DNA of 64,000 nt from an uncultured Pelagibacteraceae bacterium (GTDB taxonomy: Bacteria > Pseudomonadota > Alphaproteobacteria > Pelagibacterales > Pelagibacteraceae), in contig CACBKA010000005.1 of assembly GCA_902539745.1 (NCBI GenBank), forward strand, positions 10,957 to 74,956, read 5' to 3'. Every line of letters begins with the position of its first letter. Within the stretch, counting starts at the first letter, position 1. The notes below the pieces were generated by a model. It searched no databases. It was given only the letters and a program-made list of their open reading frames with translations, and had not been told where the DNA came from. Of the stretch, positions 48,976 to 57,872 are shown one piece after another. Both the position numbers and the translations under genes were made by a program.

Positions 48976-49503
48976 ATGGATTTAAAAGAATATATAAGAT
49001 CAATTCCTGACTACCCTAAAAAAGGCATACTGTTCAGAGATATTACTACTTTAATAAAAGATTCAAAGGCATTCAACTACTCAATTGATAAAATTGTAGA
49101 AATTTCAGAGAAATTAAATTTCGATAAAATAGCGGCTATAGAATCAAGAGGTTTTGTTTTTGCTTCGGCAGTCTCCTATAAGTTGAAAAAACCTTTCATA
49201 ATGTTGAGAAAAAAAAATAAATTACCTGCTGGAAAAATTTCAGTAGATTTTCAATTGGAATATGGAACAGCAACATTAGAAGTCCATAAGGATTCTATTA
49301 GCTCTGGGGAAAGAGTATTAATAATAGATGACCTAATTGCTACTGGAGGAACCGCAGAAGCTGGTGCTAAATTAGTTGAAATGTCTAAAGGGAAAGTTGC
49401 AGGATTTATTTTTATTATAAACTTATTTGATTTAGGTGGAAATAAAAAACTGAACGAAAAGTCTTATTTTACTAAAAGTTTAATAGAATTTCCTGGTCAC
49501 TAA
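48976..49503 (+). CDS. apt: Adenine phosphoribosyltransferase
   Basis: PRPP loop VLIIDDLIATGGT and N-terminal IPDYPKKGILFRDIT. 175 aa. Confidence 0.9.
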   Translation: MDLKEYIRSIPDYPKKGILFRDITTLIKDSKAFNYSIDKIVEISEKLNFDKIAAIESRGFVFASAVSYKLKKPFIMLRKKNKLPAGKISVDFQLEYGTATLEVHKDSISSGERVLIIDDLIATGGTAEAGAKLVEMSKGKVAGFIFIINLFDLGGNKKLNEKSYFTKSLIEFPGH

Positions 49504-49506
49504 AAA

Positions 49507-50394
49507 TTAATTTAACTTAAGTAAAAAGTTTTGAATGTAATTTTTAAGCTCAATTTTACCAAAGTATTTATATACTTTATTTGAAAGACTTTTATTTGTA
49601 AGCGCAGAAGCATATCTTTCACCTTTGCGTTTAGGCAAATATCTAATTTTTGTGTTAAACATTTTTGCAACTTCTTTAATTGAATGTTCCTTTTTGTTAG
49701 CAATGCTATAATGCCTACATAATTTTCTTTTCCAGGCCATATAACAAACATCAACAGTATCAAATATATGTGTAAACCTCCTTGTTTGTGTACCAGGTTT
49801 TACAACAGGAAGAGATTTTCTTTTTTTATAATGATTCTCGAAGATGCCGATAACAGTGGCCATCTCTCCTTCACAAATCTGATATGGACCATAAACATTG
49901 TAAAAGTAAATTACTTCATATTTAAAATTAAACCATTTTTTTAAATTTTCTAATAATTCTAAATTTTTTGCTTTTGTGAATGCATAAGGGGATAAGTTTT
50001 TGTCATTACCTTTATTACCTAAAGAAGCTGAAGTAGCAGAGTAAATAAGTTTTATTTTATTTTTTAAACAAAAATTAAAGACAGCATTGGTACCTACCGA
50101 ATTTGAATTAATACATTGATTCATTTTCTTAAAACTTTGATATATTCTTGCAAATTCACCAAAATGAAACACAGCAATTATTTCTCTCGGATTTTTTATT
50201 ATTTCAGCGATATTCTTAGTGTTACCTCTATAGTATTTTACTCTATTATTTCTTATGTGATTATTTTTTGTGCCTGATGAATAATCATCAATACTAATAA
50301 TTTTAAATTTTGTTTTTTTCAAAAGAAGGTTTATTAAATTAGTCCCGACAAATCCAGCACCGCCTGTTACTAAAATATTCTTAATTTTTGGCAT
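49507..50394 (-). CDS. NAD-dependent sugar-nucleotide epimerase/dehydratase (extended SDR; UXS/GalE-like)
   Basis: VTGGAGFVGTNL and YAFTK (YxxxK). 295 aa. Confidence 0.75.
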   Translation of the reverse strand: MPKIKNILVTGGAGFVGTNLINLLLKKTKFKIISIDDYSSGTKNNHIRNNRVKYYRGNTKNIAEIIKNPREIIAVFHFGEFARIYQSFKKMNQCINSNSVGTNAVFNFCLKNKIKLIYSATSASLGNKGNDKNLSPYAFTKAKNLELLENLKKWFNFKYEVIYFYNVYGPYQICEGEMATVIGIFENHYKKRKSLPVVKPGTQTRRFTHIFDTVDVCYMAWKRKLCRHYSIANKKEHSIKEVAKMFNTKIRYLPKRKGERYASALTNKSLSNKVYKYFGKIELKNYIQNFLLKLN

Positions 50395-50497
50395 TCAAGA
50401 TTTATATTTTAAAAATTGATTAAATCAACAATTGATTTTAACAAGTAATTCTTTTACTAATTAAATATATTAGATCATTTCTTTTTAAAATTTATAT

Positions 50498-51529
50498 ATG
50501 AGGAAAATCATAGTAACAGGTGGTCAGGGTTTTATTGGTAGTAATTTGGTAGAGTTTTTATTAGAAAAGAACTACTTTGTTATAAATATTGATAAATCGA
50601 ATTACTCAGCAAATCCCTACAATGTTAAAGATTTTAAAAAAAATAAAAAATATATTTTTTATAAATTAGATATAAACAATAAAACCAAACTCTTAAAAAT
50701 TATTAAAAAATTCAAACCTGATGGTATTTTCAATCTTGCAGCTGAAACGCATGTAGATAGATCGATAGATAGCCCATACGCATTTTTAAAAACTAACATA
50801 ATGGGTGTTTTTAATATTTTAGAAACTCTAAGATCTTTTAATAAAAAAAATAAAAAAGTCATTAAACTTATTCATGTTTCAACTGATGAAGTTTATGGTG
50901 ATATTCCAAAACATAAACAAGTTAACGAAGATTATAATTATAATCCAAGCTCTCCCTATTCTGCATCTAAAGCTGCTGCTGATCAATTATTGAAAGCATA
51001 CTTCAGAACCTATTCATCTAAAATAGTAATAGCAAATGCATGTAATAATTATGGCCCAAGACAATTACCAGAAAAATTTATTCCAAAAATTATTTATAAT
51101 ATTTTAAAGAATAAATCTATACCCCTTTATGGAAAGGGCACTAATGTAAGGGAGTGGATCTATGTAAAAGATAACTGTGAAGCTTTACTTAAAATTTTTT
51201 TAAAAGGTAAAATAGGAAGAAATTATAATATTGGTACTGGAAAAAGAATAAAAAATATTGAAATAATTAAAAATATTTTAAGTATTGCAAAAAAAAATAA
51301 AGTTAAATTTTCAAATAAATTAAAGATTAAATATGTAAAAGATAGACCAGGTCATGACAAAAGATATGCGGTAAATTCAAATAAAATTAGAAATGAACTA
51401 AACTGGAAACCAAAAATATCACTTTCGGTTGGGTTAAATAAAACTTTAAGGTGGTATGTGACTAACAAAAAGTTTTTTGAACAAATTTCAAAAAAAAATA
51501 TAAATAAAAGGTTTGGACTTAAAATTTGA
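50498..51529 (+). CDS. rfbB: dTDP-glucose 4,6-dehydratase-type enzyme
   Basis: VTGGQGFIGSN, STDEVYGD and YSASKAAAD motifs. 343 aa. Confidence 0.85.
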   Translation: MRKIIVTGGQGFIGSNLVEFLLEKNYFVINIDKSNYSANPYNVKDFKKNKKYIFYKLDINNKTKLLKIIKKFKPDGIFNLAAETHVDRSIDSPYAFLKTNIMGVFNILETLRSFNKKNKKVIKLIHVSTDEVYGDIPKHKQVNEDYNYNPSSPYSASKAAADQLLKAYFRTYSSKIVIANACNNYGPRQLPEKFIPKIIYNILKNKSIPLYGKGTNVREWIYVKDNCEALLKIFLKGKIGRNYNIGTGKRIKNIEIIKNILSIAKKNKVKFSNKLKIKYVKDRPGHDKRYAVNSNKIRNELNWKPKISLSVGLNKTLRWYVTNKKFFEQISKKNINKRFGLKI

Positions 51530-53073
51530 TATCAGAAAAAAATAATAAGATAGTATATTTAATAATTATTTTAACTTGTGTTTTTTTAAGTTTCTCACAT
51601 TCTTTATATCAGGTAGCAATAAATGGCGGTTTGACATTATCCGAGATAATTAAATATCCCGAACCTTTATCTCCGATGAAATACTACTATCATAATAGTT
51701 GGACATTGTTACACCAATTTGCTGAAATTTTATTAAATTCTGGATTATCTATAAATAATAGCTCAAGAGCAATTCTTTTTCTTTCTACTTTATGTTTTGG
51801 AATAAGCTCATTTTTAATTGTAAATAAACTAACCTTTAATAAATATTTGGCACTTCTTGTAAGTATATTAATGCTTATTTTACAAAAAAATTTTGGGGAC
51901 ACTGATTATCCCTCTCTTATTTTTTCTAATCAAAGTTATGGCATGTTTAGTTTGGCTCTTACATCTTTAATTTTTAGTTTGATTTTAAATGAAAATTTTA
52001 AATATTCAGGCTTTTTCACACTTTTATTAATTTCTGTACATCCTGTTGTTGGTTTTTGGATGTTATCAATATTAGTAATAAGTTTAATAATTTATAAAGA
52101 TAAAAAGATAAGTTTAGAATTTTTTAAAGGTGGTTCTTTCGGACTAGTCATAACATTGCTAAGCCTTTTTTTCTTTTACAGCAATTATATCGAAAAAGTA
52201 GAGTTTGATAGTAGTTTTTATAAAATTTATATGGAACTCTGGGATGGCCATAGGAATTTATCTGGGATAGTCCATTATGAATATTTAATAAAGACTTTAT
52301 TGTTGTTTGCTACATTAAATACTTATTATTTTTTACAAAAGAATAAACAAAAAAATTTTTTTCATTTAATAATAAATTTGTCTATTACGTTTTCCACGAT
52401 ATTTTATCTTTCTTATAAGTTTTTTCCAAATTTATTTCCAGATATTTTTATCAGATTAATGCCAACAAGATTTTTGATATTACACTCATATATTGGATGG
52501 CCTTTAATTATTTCAATTATATATTTTATTTTTTTAAAGTTAAATTCTATTAAAAAATTTGTTCAGATTTTTATTTTTGCAGTTTTAATTATTCACTCAA
52601 TTCAACATTATAAAAAATTTATTTTTTTAAAAAATAACTTTATAATAAATATATCTAAGGAGGATAAACTTTATAATTTTGATATTTTTAAAGAAATATC
52701 AAAATTAGACTATAAAGGATATTTTATTACTTCATCAGACACAGTAAATTACGTAAATCAATATTCATTAAAACCAGTTTTATTGGATACACAATCATTG
52801 GATTTTCTTCCTTATCACCCATATCTTATTAAAGTTTCATTTGAAATACTTGAGGATATTTATGATGTTCAAATGAATAATCCACCAAATAAAAATGATC
52901 CGCGTATTCCAAATGAATTTATAAAAAAAAGTTTTGAGGCAAAAAATAAATCTGATTGGGAATATATTAAAAAAAAATATAATGCAAATTATGTAATAGT
53001 TCCAAAGAATTGGAAAATAAATTTAAATTTATTGAATAGTAATAATTTTTATTCTATTTATCAAATCGAATAA
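51526..53073 (+). CDS. Large polytopic membrane protein, candidate GT-C-type glycosyltransferase or polymerase
   Basis: 515 aa: ten or more hydrophobic helices followed by a soluble tail of roughly 150 aa. 4-nt overlap with rfbB. Lies next to a GtrB/ArnC-like GT2 gene. No family motif recognised. Confidence 0.5.
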   Translation: MISEKNNKIVYLIIILTCVFLSFSHSLYQVAINGGLTLSEIIKYPEPLSPMKYYYHNSWTLLHQFAEILLNSGLSINNSSRAILFLSTLCFGISSFLIVNKLTFNKYLALLVSILMLILQKNFGDTDYPSLIFSNQSYGMFSLALTSLIFSLILNENFKYSGFFTLLLISVHPVVGFWMLSILVISLIIYKDKKISLEFFKGGSFGLVITLLSLFFFYSNYIEKVEFDSSFYKIYMELWDGHRNLSGIVHYEYLIKTLLLFATLNTYYFLQKNKQKNFFHLIINLSITFSTIFYLSYKFFPNLFPDIFIRLMPTRFLILHSYIGWPLIISIIYFIFLKLNSIKKFVQIFIFAVLIIHSIQHYKKFIFLKNNFIINISKEDKLYNFDIFKEISKLDYKGYFITSSDTVNYVNQYSLKPVLLDTQSLDFLPYHPYLIKVSFEILEDIYDVQMNNPPNKNDPRIPNEFIKKSFEAKNKSDWEYIKKKYNANYVIVPKNWKINLNLLNSNNFYSIYQIE

Positions 53074-53080
53074 TCTTAAA

Positions 53081-54016
53081 TTATTTTTTATAGTCTTTAA
53101 TATCTTTTATAACGTATCTTGTTCTACCTTTTGTTTGTTCAAAAATTCTTGCTAAGTAAATTCCCATTATTCCAATAGTTGATAATAGAGCTCCTGAAAA
53201 AAAAGATATTACAATTAAAATTCCGGTTGTACCGGGTACAGCAATTCCTGATACTTTTGCATAAAAAGCATAAATGATTAATAATATTGAAAAAAGAAAA
53301 GCAAAAAATCCCAACAATACGCCCAGGTAAAGTGGTTTTAATGAATAACTAGTAACACCCCTTATAAATTGAGTTACTGGTCCTTCAGCAAACAATGAAA
53401 ATTTAGATTCTCCTGCCTCTCTTGCTTCTCTAACATAATCTACATAAGTTTGCTTAAAGCCAACCCAAACGGATAAGCCACGAATATATGGATTATATTC
53501 TTTTTGCTCTAAAATTTTATCTAAAGCTCTTTTAGATATCAATTTAAAGTCTCCTACATCTTTTTCTAAATTTATATCTGATAATTTGTGAATAATCGTG
53601 TAAGCAATATTTGTAAAAAATAATTTAAATTTTGGCTCTCCTAACCTTTTCGTTCTTTTCGTGTGAACAATATCAAAACCTTTTTCATGTTGTTTTACTA
53701 ATTCGGTAATTAGTTCAGGTGGGTCTTGAAGATCTGAGTCCATGTAGATTATACAATCACCCGAGCAATTTTCAAAACCAGCTAAAACACATGGGTTAGT
53801 TCCAAATCTTCTAGACATGTTAATAATTTTTATTGGAAATTGTTTCTGTAAATCTAATAATATATTTTCAGAATTATCAGTTGAATCATCATTCACAAAT
53901 ATCAACTCATAATCCCAATTTTGAGTTTTTTTAACTGATTTGTGAACTCTATCAATAAGACTTTTTAAATTTTTCTCTTCGTTTCTAAATGAAAAAACAA
54001 AAGAAATTAATTTCAT
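53081..54016 (-). CDS. GT2 polyprenyl-phosphate glycosyltransferase (GtrB/ArnC/DPM1-like)
   Basis: FVNDDSTDNS and YMDSDLQDPPE motifs plus two C-terminal TM helices. 311 aa. Confidence 0.8.
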   Translation of the reverse strand: MKLISFVFSFRNEEKNLKSLIDRVHKSVKKTQNWDYELIFVNDDSTDNSENILLDLQKQFPIKIINMSRRFGTNPCVLAGFENCSGDCIIYMDSDLQDPPELITELVKQHEKGFDIVHTKRTKRLGEPKFKLFFTNIAYTIIHKLSDINLEKDVGDFKLISKRALDKILEQKEYNPYIRGLSVWVGFKQTYVDYVREAREAGESKFSLFAEGPVTQFIRGVTSYSLKPLYLGVLLGFFAFLFSILLIIYAFYAKVSGIAVPGTTGILIVISFFSGALLSTIGIMGIYLARIFEQTKGRTRYVIKDIKDYKK

Positions 54017-54084
54017 AATATTTGAATAAAAGACTATTTAATAATATCTTAAAATGATAAAAAAAGTAACCATAGAATATCAAA

Positions 54085-55272
54085 ATGCACTCTTTAGATT
54101 TAGTAGTTTTAGCTGGAGGTAAAGGTTCTAGAATTAAATACCTTCTAAAAAAGAAAGCTAAACCAATGGCTATTTTTAACAAAAAACCATTCATAGAATA
54201 TATTATACAGAATTATAGTAAATATCGTTTTAAAAATATCTTTCTACTAACTGGTTACAAATCTAAGGAAATAATAAATAAATTTCATAAGAAGTACTAC
54301 AATTTCACGTTAATAAATTGTCTTAAAGAAAAAAAGCTTATGGGTACAGGTGGTGCTCTTAATATTTTAAAGAAAAAAAAATTAAACGATTTTATTTTAA
54401 TTAATGGGGATACATTTCTTAATGTTGATTTGAGTAAATTAATTAAATCGTGCAGTAGAAATAGTTTTGGATCCCTTTGTTTGGTAAAAAGTAAATCATA
54501 TAAATCAAATAGGAAATTAATAACTATGGGTTTAAAGCAAGGAAGAATTGTTTTTAAAAATTCAGGTGGCTTCATGAATGGAGGTGTATATTTCTTTAAA
54601 AAAAAAATTTTGAAACTCATTAAAAATAAAAACCTCTCTTTAGAAAATGAGATTTTACCGAATTTAATAAATAAGAAAAAAATTTCAGGAATTGTTGCAA
54701 GCAGTTTCTTTTTAGATATCGGTACACCTATTAATTTTAAGAGAGCAAAAAAACTTTTGATTAAAAATTGTTCAAAACCTGCTGCGTTCTTAGATAGAGA
54801 TGGTGTAATAAATTATGATACCGGTTACGTTCATAAAATTAGAGATTTTAAATTTAGACCCGGAGTTATTGAAGGATTAAAATTATTAATAAAAAGGAAT
54901 TACTTTATTTTCATTGTTACAAATCAAGCAGGAATTGGTAAAGATATCTTTTCAAAAAGTGAGTTTTATAGACTGCATAATCAAATAAAAGAAAAACTTC
55001 AAAATAAAAATATATTTTTTGATGATGTAAATTACTGTCCATATCATCCAAAGGCAAAATTAAAAAAATATAGAAAAAAAACCGAACTAAGAAAACCAGG
55101 AAATTTAATGATACGTCAAATTAAAAAAAAGTGGCATATAAAAGACAGTGGTAGTTTTATGATTGGGGATAAAATTTCCGACAAAATTTGCGCTAAAAAA
55201 AGTAAGTTGTATTTTGAATTTGCAGAAAGAAATTTTCTTAATCAAATTAAAAGAATTACCAAACGAAGCTAG
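54085..55272 (+). CDS. Fusion of sugar-1-phosphate nucleotidyltransferase (HddC/RmlA-like) and D,D-heptose 1,7-bisphosphate phosphatase (GmhB, HAD)
   Basis: N-terminal part: VVLAGGKGSRI and LMGTGGAL. C-terminal part: FLDRDGVIN, TNQAGIGK, YCPYHP, RKPGNLM, GDKISD (GmhB signature set). 395 aa. Confidence 0.8.
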   Translation: MHSLDLVVLAGGKGSRIKYLLKKKAKPMAIFNKKPFIEYIIQNYSKYRFKNIFLLTGYKSKEIINKFHKKYYNFTLINCLKEKKLMGTGGALNILKKKKLNDFILINGDTFLNVDLSKLIKSCSRNSFGSLCLVKSKSYKSNRKLITMGLKQGRIVFKNSGGFMNGGVYFFKKKILKLIKNKNLSLENEILPNLINKKKISGIVASSFFLDIGTPINFKRAKKLLIKNCSKPAAFLDRDGVINYDTGYVHKIRDFKFRPGVIEGLKLLIKRNYFIFIVTNQAGIGKDIFSKSEFYRLHNQIKEKLQNKNIFFDDVNYCPYHPKAKLKKYRKKTELRKPGNLMIRQIKKKWHIKDSGSFMIGDKISDKICAKKSKLYFEFAERNFLNQIKRITKRS

Positions 55273-56204
55273 TAATTATTTATAATTTTTTTATTATCCG
55301 TACTAAATAAATCAATTAATTCTTCAATGCCTTGTTCCAAAGATGCTTTTGCTTTAAAGCCTTTTTTTTCAATTTTTTTATTACTTACAAAATAATCTCT
55401 TTTGTCTGGATCTTTTCTGTTTGTAATAATTTTAATTTTAAGTTTATTCATTTTTTTCTTTATTTTTTTTGCTAACATAAGTTTACTTATATTTGCAGAT
55501 GAAAGTCCCAAATTATAAATATTTGATTTTAATTTATTAAAATTTTTTATCGCGTAAATTATTCCTAAAACTACATCCTTAATATGTATAAAATTTCTTC
55601 TAAAATGAGGTTCGAAAATTGTTAGTTTTTTTGTTTTTACTGATTTATAAACAAAGTTATTTACTAATAAATCTGTTCTCATTCTATAACTGTATCCAAA
55701 AACTGTTGCTAATCTGAAGCAAATAAAATTTTTAGATTTTTTTACCTCTTCCTCTGCATCGCATTTTGTTCTACCGTAAAGTGATATTGGGTTTAAAGGA
55801 CTGTTTTCATCACAAAATTTATTTTTTTCTCCAACTCCATATCCAGAATTGGTAGTTAAAAATATTATTTTATTTTTTTTTGAGCTCAAAGATACAAGAT
55901 TTTTAATTGAATGGTGATTTACTGATATTGCATCTTTCTTATATTTATCACACAAAGGAGCACCGACTAAAGCAGCTAATGGTATTATAAATTCATTTTT
56001 TTTAAGTAAAGATTTTAATAATTTTTTATCTCGGACATCTTTTTTTATTAATTTAAAATTTTTAAAGTAATAAAGATGATTTAGTGATCCTCTATCATAT
56101 TTCATCAAATCTAAAACAGTAACTTTATGGCCTAAATTAACAAGGGCTGTGGATAGCATTGATCCAACATATCCTCCCCCACCAGTTATTAAAATTTTAC
56201 TCAT
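55269..56204 (-). CDS. NAD-dependent sugar-nucleotide epimerase/reductase (extended SDR)
   Basis: ITGGGGYVGS and YGRTK (YxxxK). 311 aa. Last gene of the operon. Confidence 0.75.
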   Translation of the reverse strand: MSKILITGGGGYVGSMLSTALVNLGHKVTVLDLMKYDRGSLNHLYYFKNFKLIKKDVRDKKLLKSLLKKNEFIIPLAALVGAPLCDKYKKDAISVNHHSIKNLVSLSSKKNKIIFLTTNSGYGVGEKNKFCDENSPLNPISLYGRTKCDAEEEVKKSKNFICFRLATVFGYSYRMRTDLLVNNFVYKSVKTKKLTIFEPHFRRNFIHIKDVVLGIIYAIKNFNKLKSNIYNLGLSSANISKLMLAKKIKKKMNKLKIKIITNRKDPDKRDYFVSNKKIEKKGFKAKASLEQGIEELIDLFSTDNKKIINNY

Positions 56205-56205
56205 T

Positions 56206-56694
56206 TTACAAATATTTTGAAGTTCTATCCCTTTTACTTAGAATTGGTTTTCTTATTGGCCATTTAATTTTAAATTTTGGGTCATTCCATCTGTAACTTT
56301 TTTGTTTATTTGAGTCTACATATTTTCCTTTATAAGACCATTTGTAATGAAAAACACATTTATTAGATAAACATAAATAGGCATTGGCAAAATGTGGTGG
56401 TATTAATATTAAAGTTGGTTTTTCATGTTTTAGGAACCAGCTTTTATGTTTTAAATAATTTTTTGATTTTTTCTCCATATTTACAACAACAAAAAAAACT
56501 TTTCCATAAGTGCATGTTACCAATTTCCAAGACTTAAAATCACAATGCAAACCTCGTAAAACATTTTTGTTTGAAATGGAAAACTTATCATGATTAAATT
56601 TAAGTTTCCGTAAAATACCTTTTTTCCACGTTGTCCAATAAAAACCTCTCTTGTCTCTAAAAGTAGAATTTTTTATAACTTTAAGTTTAATCAT
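56206..56694 (-). CDS. RmlC-like sugar-nucleotide 3,5-epimerase (cupin)
   Basis: FRDKRGFYWTTW and VLRGLHCD motifs. I place the start at ATG 56694, giving a 4-nt ATGA overlap with the upstream gene (the track uses 56721). Confidence 0.7.
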   Translation of the reverse strand: MIKLKVIKNSTFRDKRGFYWTTWKKGILRKLKFNHDKFSISNKNVLRGLHCDFKSWKLVTCTYGKVFFVVVNMEKKSKNYLKHKSWFLKHEKPTLILIPPHFANAYLCLSNKCVFHYKWSYKGKYVDSNKQKSYRWNDPKFKIKWPIRKPILSKRDRTSKYL

Positions 56695-57872
56695 AATTTT
56701 ATTGCATTTAAAATCGAGCAAATTTTTTTTATTCTAGATGACTTTAAACTTGGATAATTCCCAATATAATAGCCAAAGAAATGAACATGATCAACTTCTG
56801 GAAACTTTTTTAGATTAATTTTCTTCAAGTAAGTTTTTAAATACGGTTGTCTAAGCTGATTGCCACCTCCAGCATTTCCTCTTCTAAATTCAATGTTATA
56901 TCTTTTTAAGGTCAACTCAAAACGATCTCTAAACTTAAAACTTTTGTTTTTAAAAACAACTGGAAATGCGTAATTTGAACTACCATCAACTTCATAATCA
57001 ACCCTATATTTAGATGGGTCTAATAAATTTAAGAAAAGTTTTAAATTTTTTGTTCTTGTCCTATTATTTTTATCGAGTCTTTTAAGCTGGTTTATACCAA
57101 TCACAGCTCCAATTTCATTATTTCTAAAATTAAAAGTTGGATGTAAAAAAATAAATTGGGGGGATAATTTTGGATATTTTTTTATCATTTGTTTTTCAAA
57201 TTTCAGATTTTTTGCTTCTCTTGCCATGCCGTGAGACCTAAAAATTCTTGCTAATTCATAAATTTTTTTATTATTTGTGCAGATCATCCCGCCTTCAATA
57301 GTTGACATATGATGTGCATAATAAAAAGAAAAATTGGATATCAAACCAAATGTTCCTAATTTTTTGTTTTTATATTTAGCTCCATGTGACTCACACACAT
57401 CTTCTACAAGAATTATCTTTTTTCTTTTAATTTTTTTTAAAAGTTTTTCTGACAAACTATTAAATCCTTGTACGTGTGTTACAAAAACAGCAAGTGTATT
57501 TTTGTTTATTTTGCTCAAAACTTGATCTTGATTCATAGAAAGTGTTCTTGGATCAATATCGACAAATACAGGTTTAAAACCTGCCATTATTACAGAATTT
57601 ATATCTGAAACCCAAGTTAGTGTAGGAACAATAATCTCTTTTTTTTTAAGAGATAAGCTTTTTAATATTAACATACTTAATAAGTTAGCTGAAGATCCAG
57701 AATTAACAAAAACACTAAATTTTACACCAAGCCATTTGGACCATTTTTTTTCAAACTCAATAACATTCTTTGATTGTGTAAGAATTAAATTCTTATTTTT
57801 AATTAATTTTCTAACAGAATCCATATCGGATTTAATAAAATTATTGTGCATTAGTGGATGATTAATCTTCAT
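56691..57872 (-). CDS. DegT/DnrJ/EryC1-family PLP enzyme of the ColD/E1 3-dehydratase type
   Basis: SGSSANLL, and FSFYYAHHMSTIEGG where His occupies the usual Schiff-base Lys position. Only three Cys in total, so no E1-type Fe-S motif. 393 aa. Confidence 0.75.
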   Translation of the reverse strand: MKINHPLMHNNFIKSDMDSVRKLIKNKNLILTQSKNVIEFEKKWSKWLGVKFSVFVNSGSSANLLSMLILKSLSLKKKEIIVPTLTWVSDINSVIMAGFKPVFVDIDPRTLSMNQDQVLSKINKNTLAVFVTHVQGFNSLSEKLLKKIKRKKIILVEDVCESHGAKYKNKKLGTFGLISNFSFYYAHHMSTIEGGMICTNNKKIYELARIFRSHGMAREAKNLKFEKQMIKKYPKLSPQFIFLHPTFNFRNNEIGAVIGINQLKRLDKNNRTRTKNLKLFLNLLDPSKYRVDYEVDGSSNYAFPVVFKNKSFKFRDRFELTLKRYNIEFRRGNAGGGNQLRQPYLKTYLKKINLKKFPEVDHVHFFGYYIGNYPSLKSSRIKKICSILNAIKL

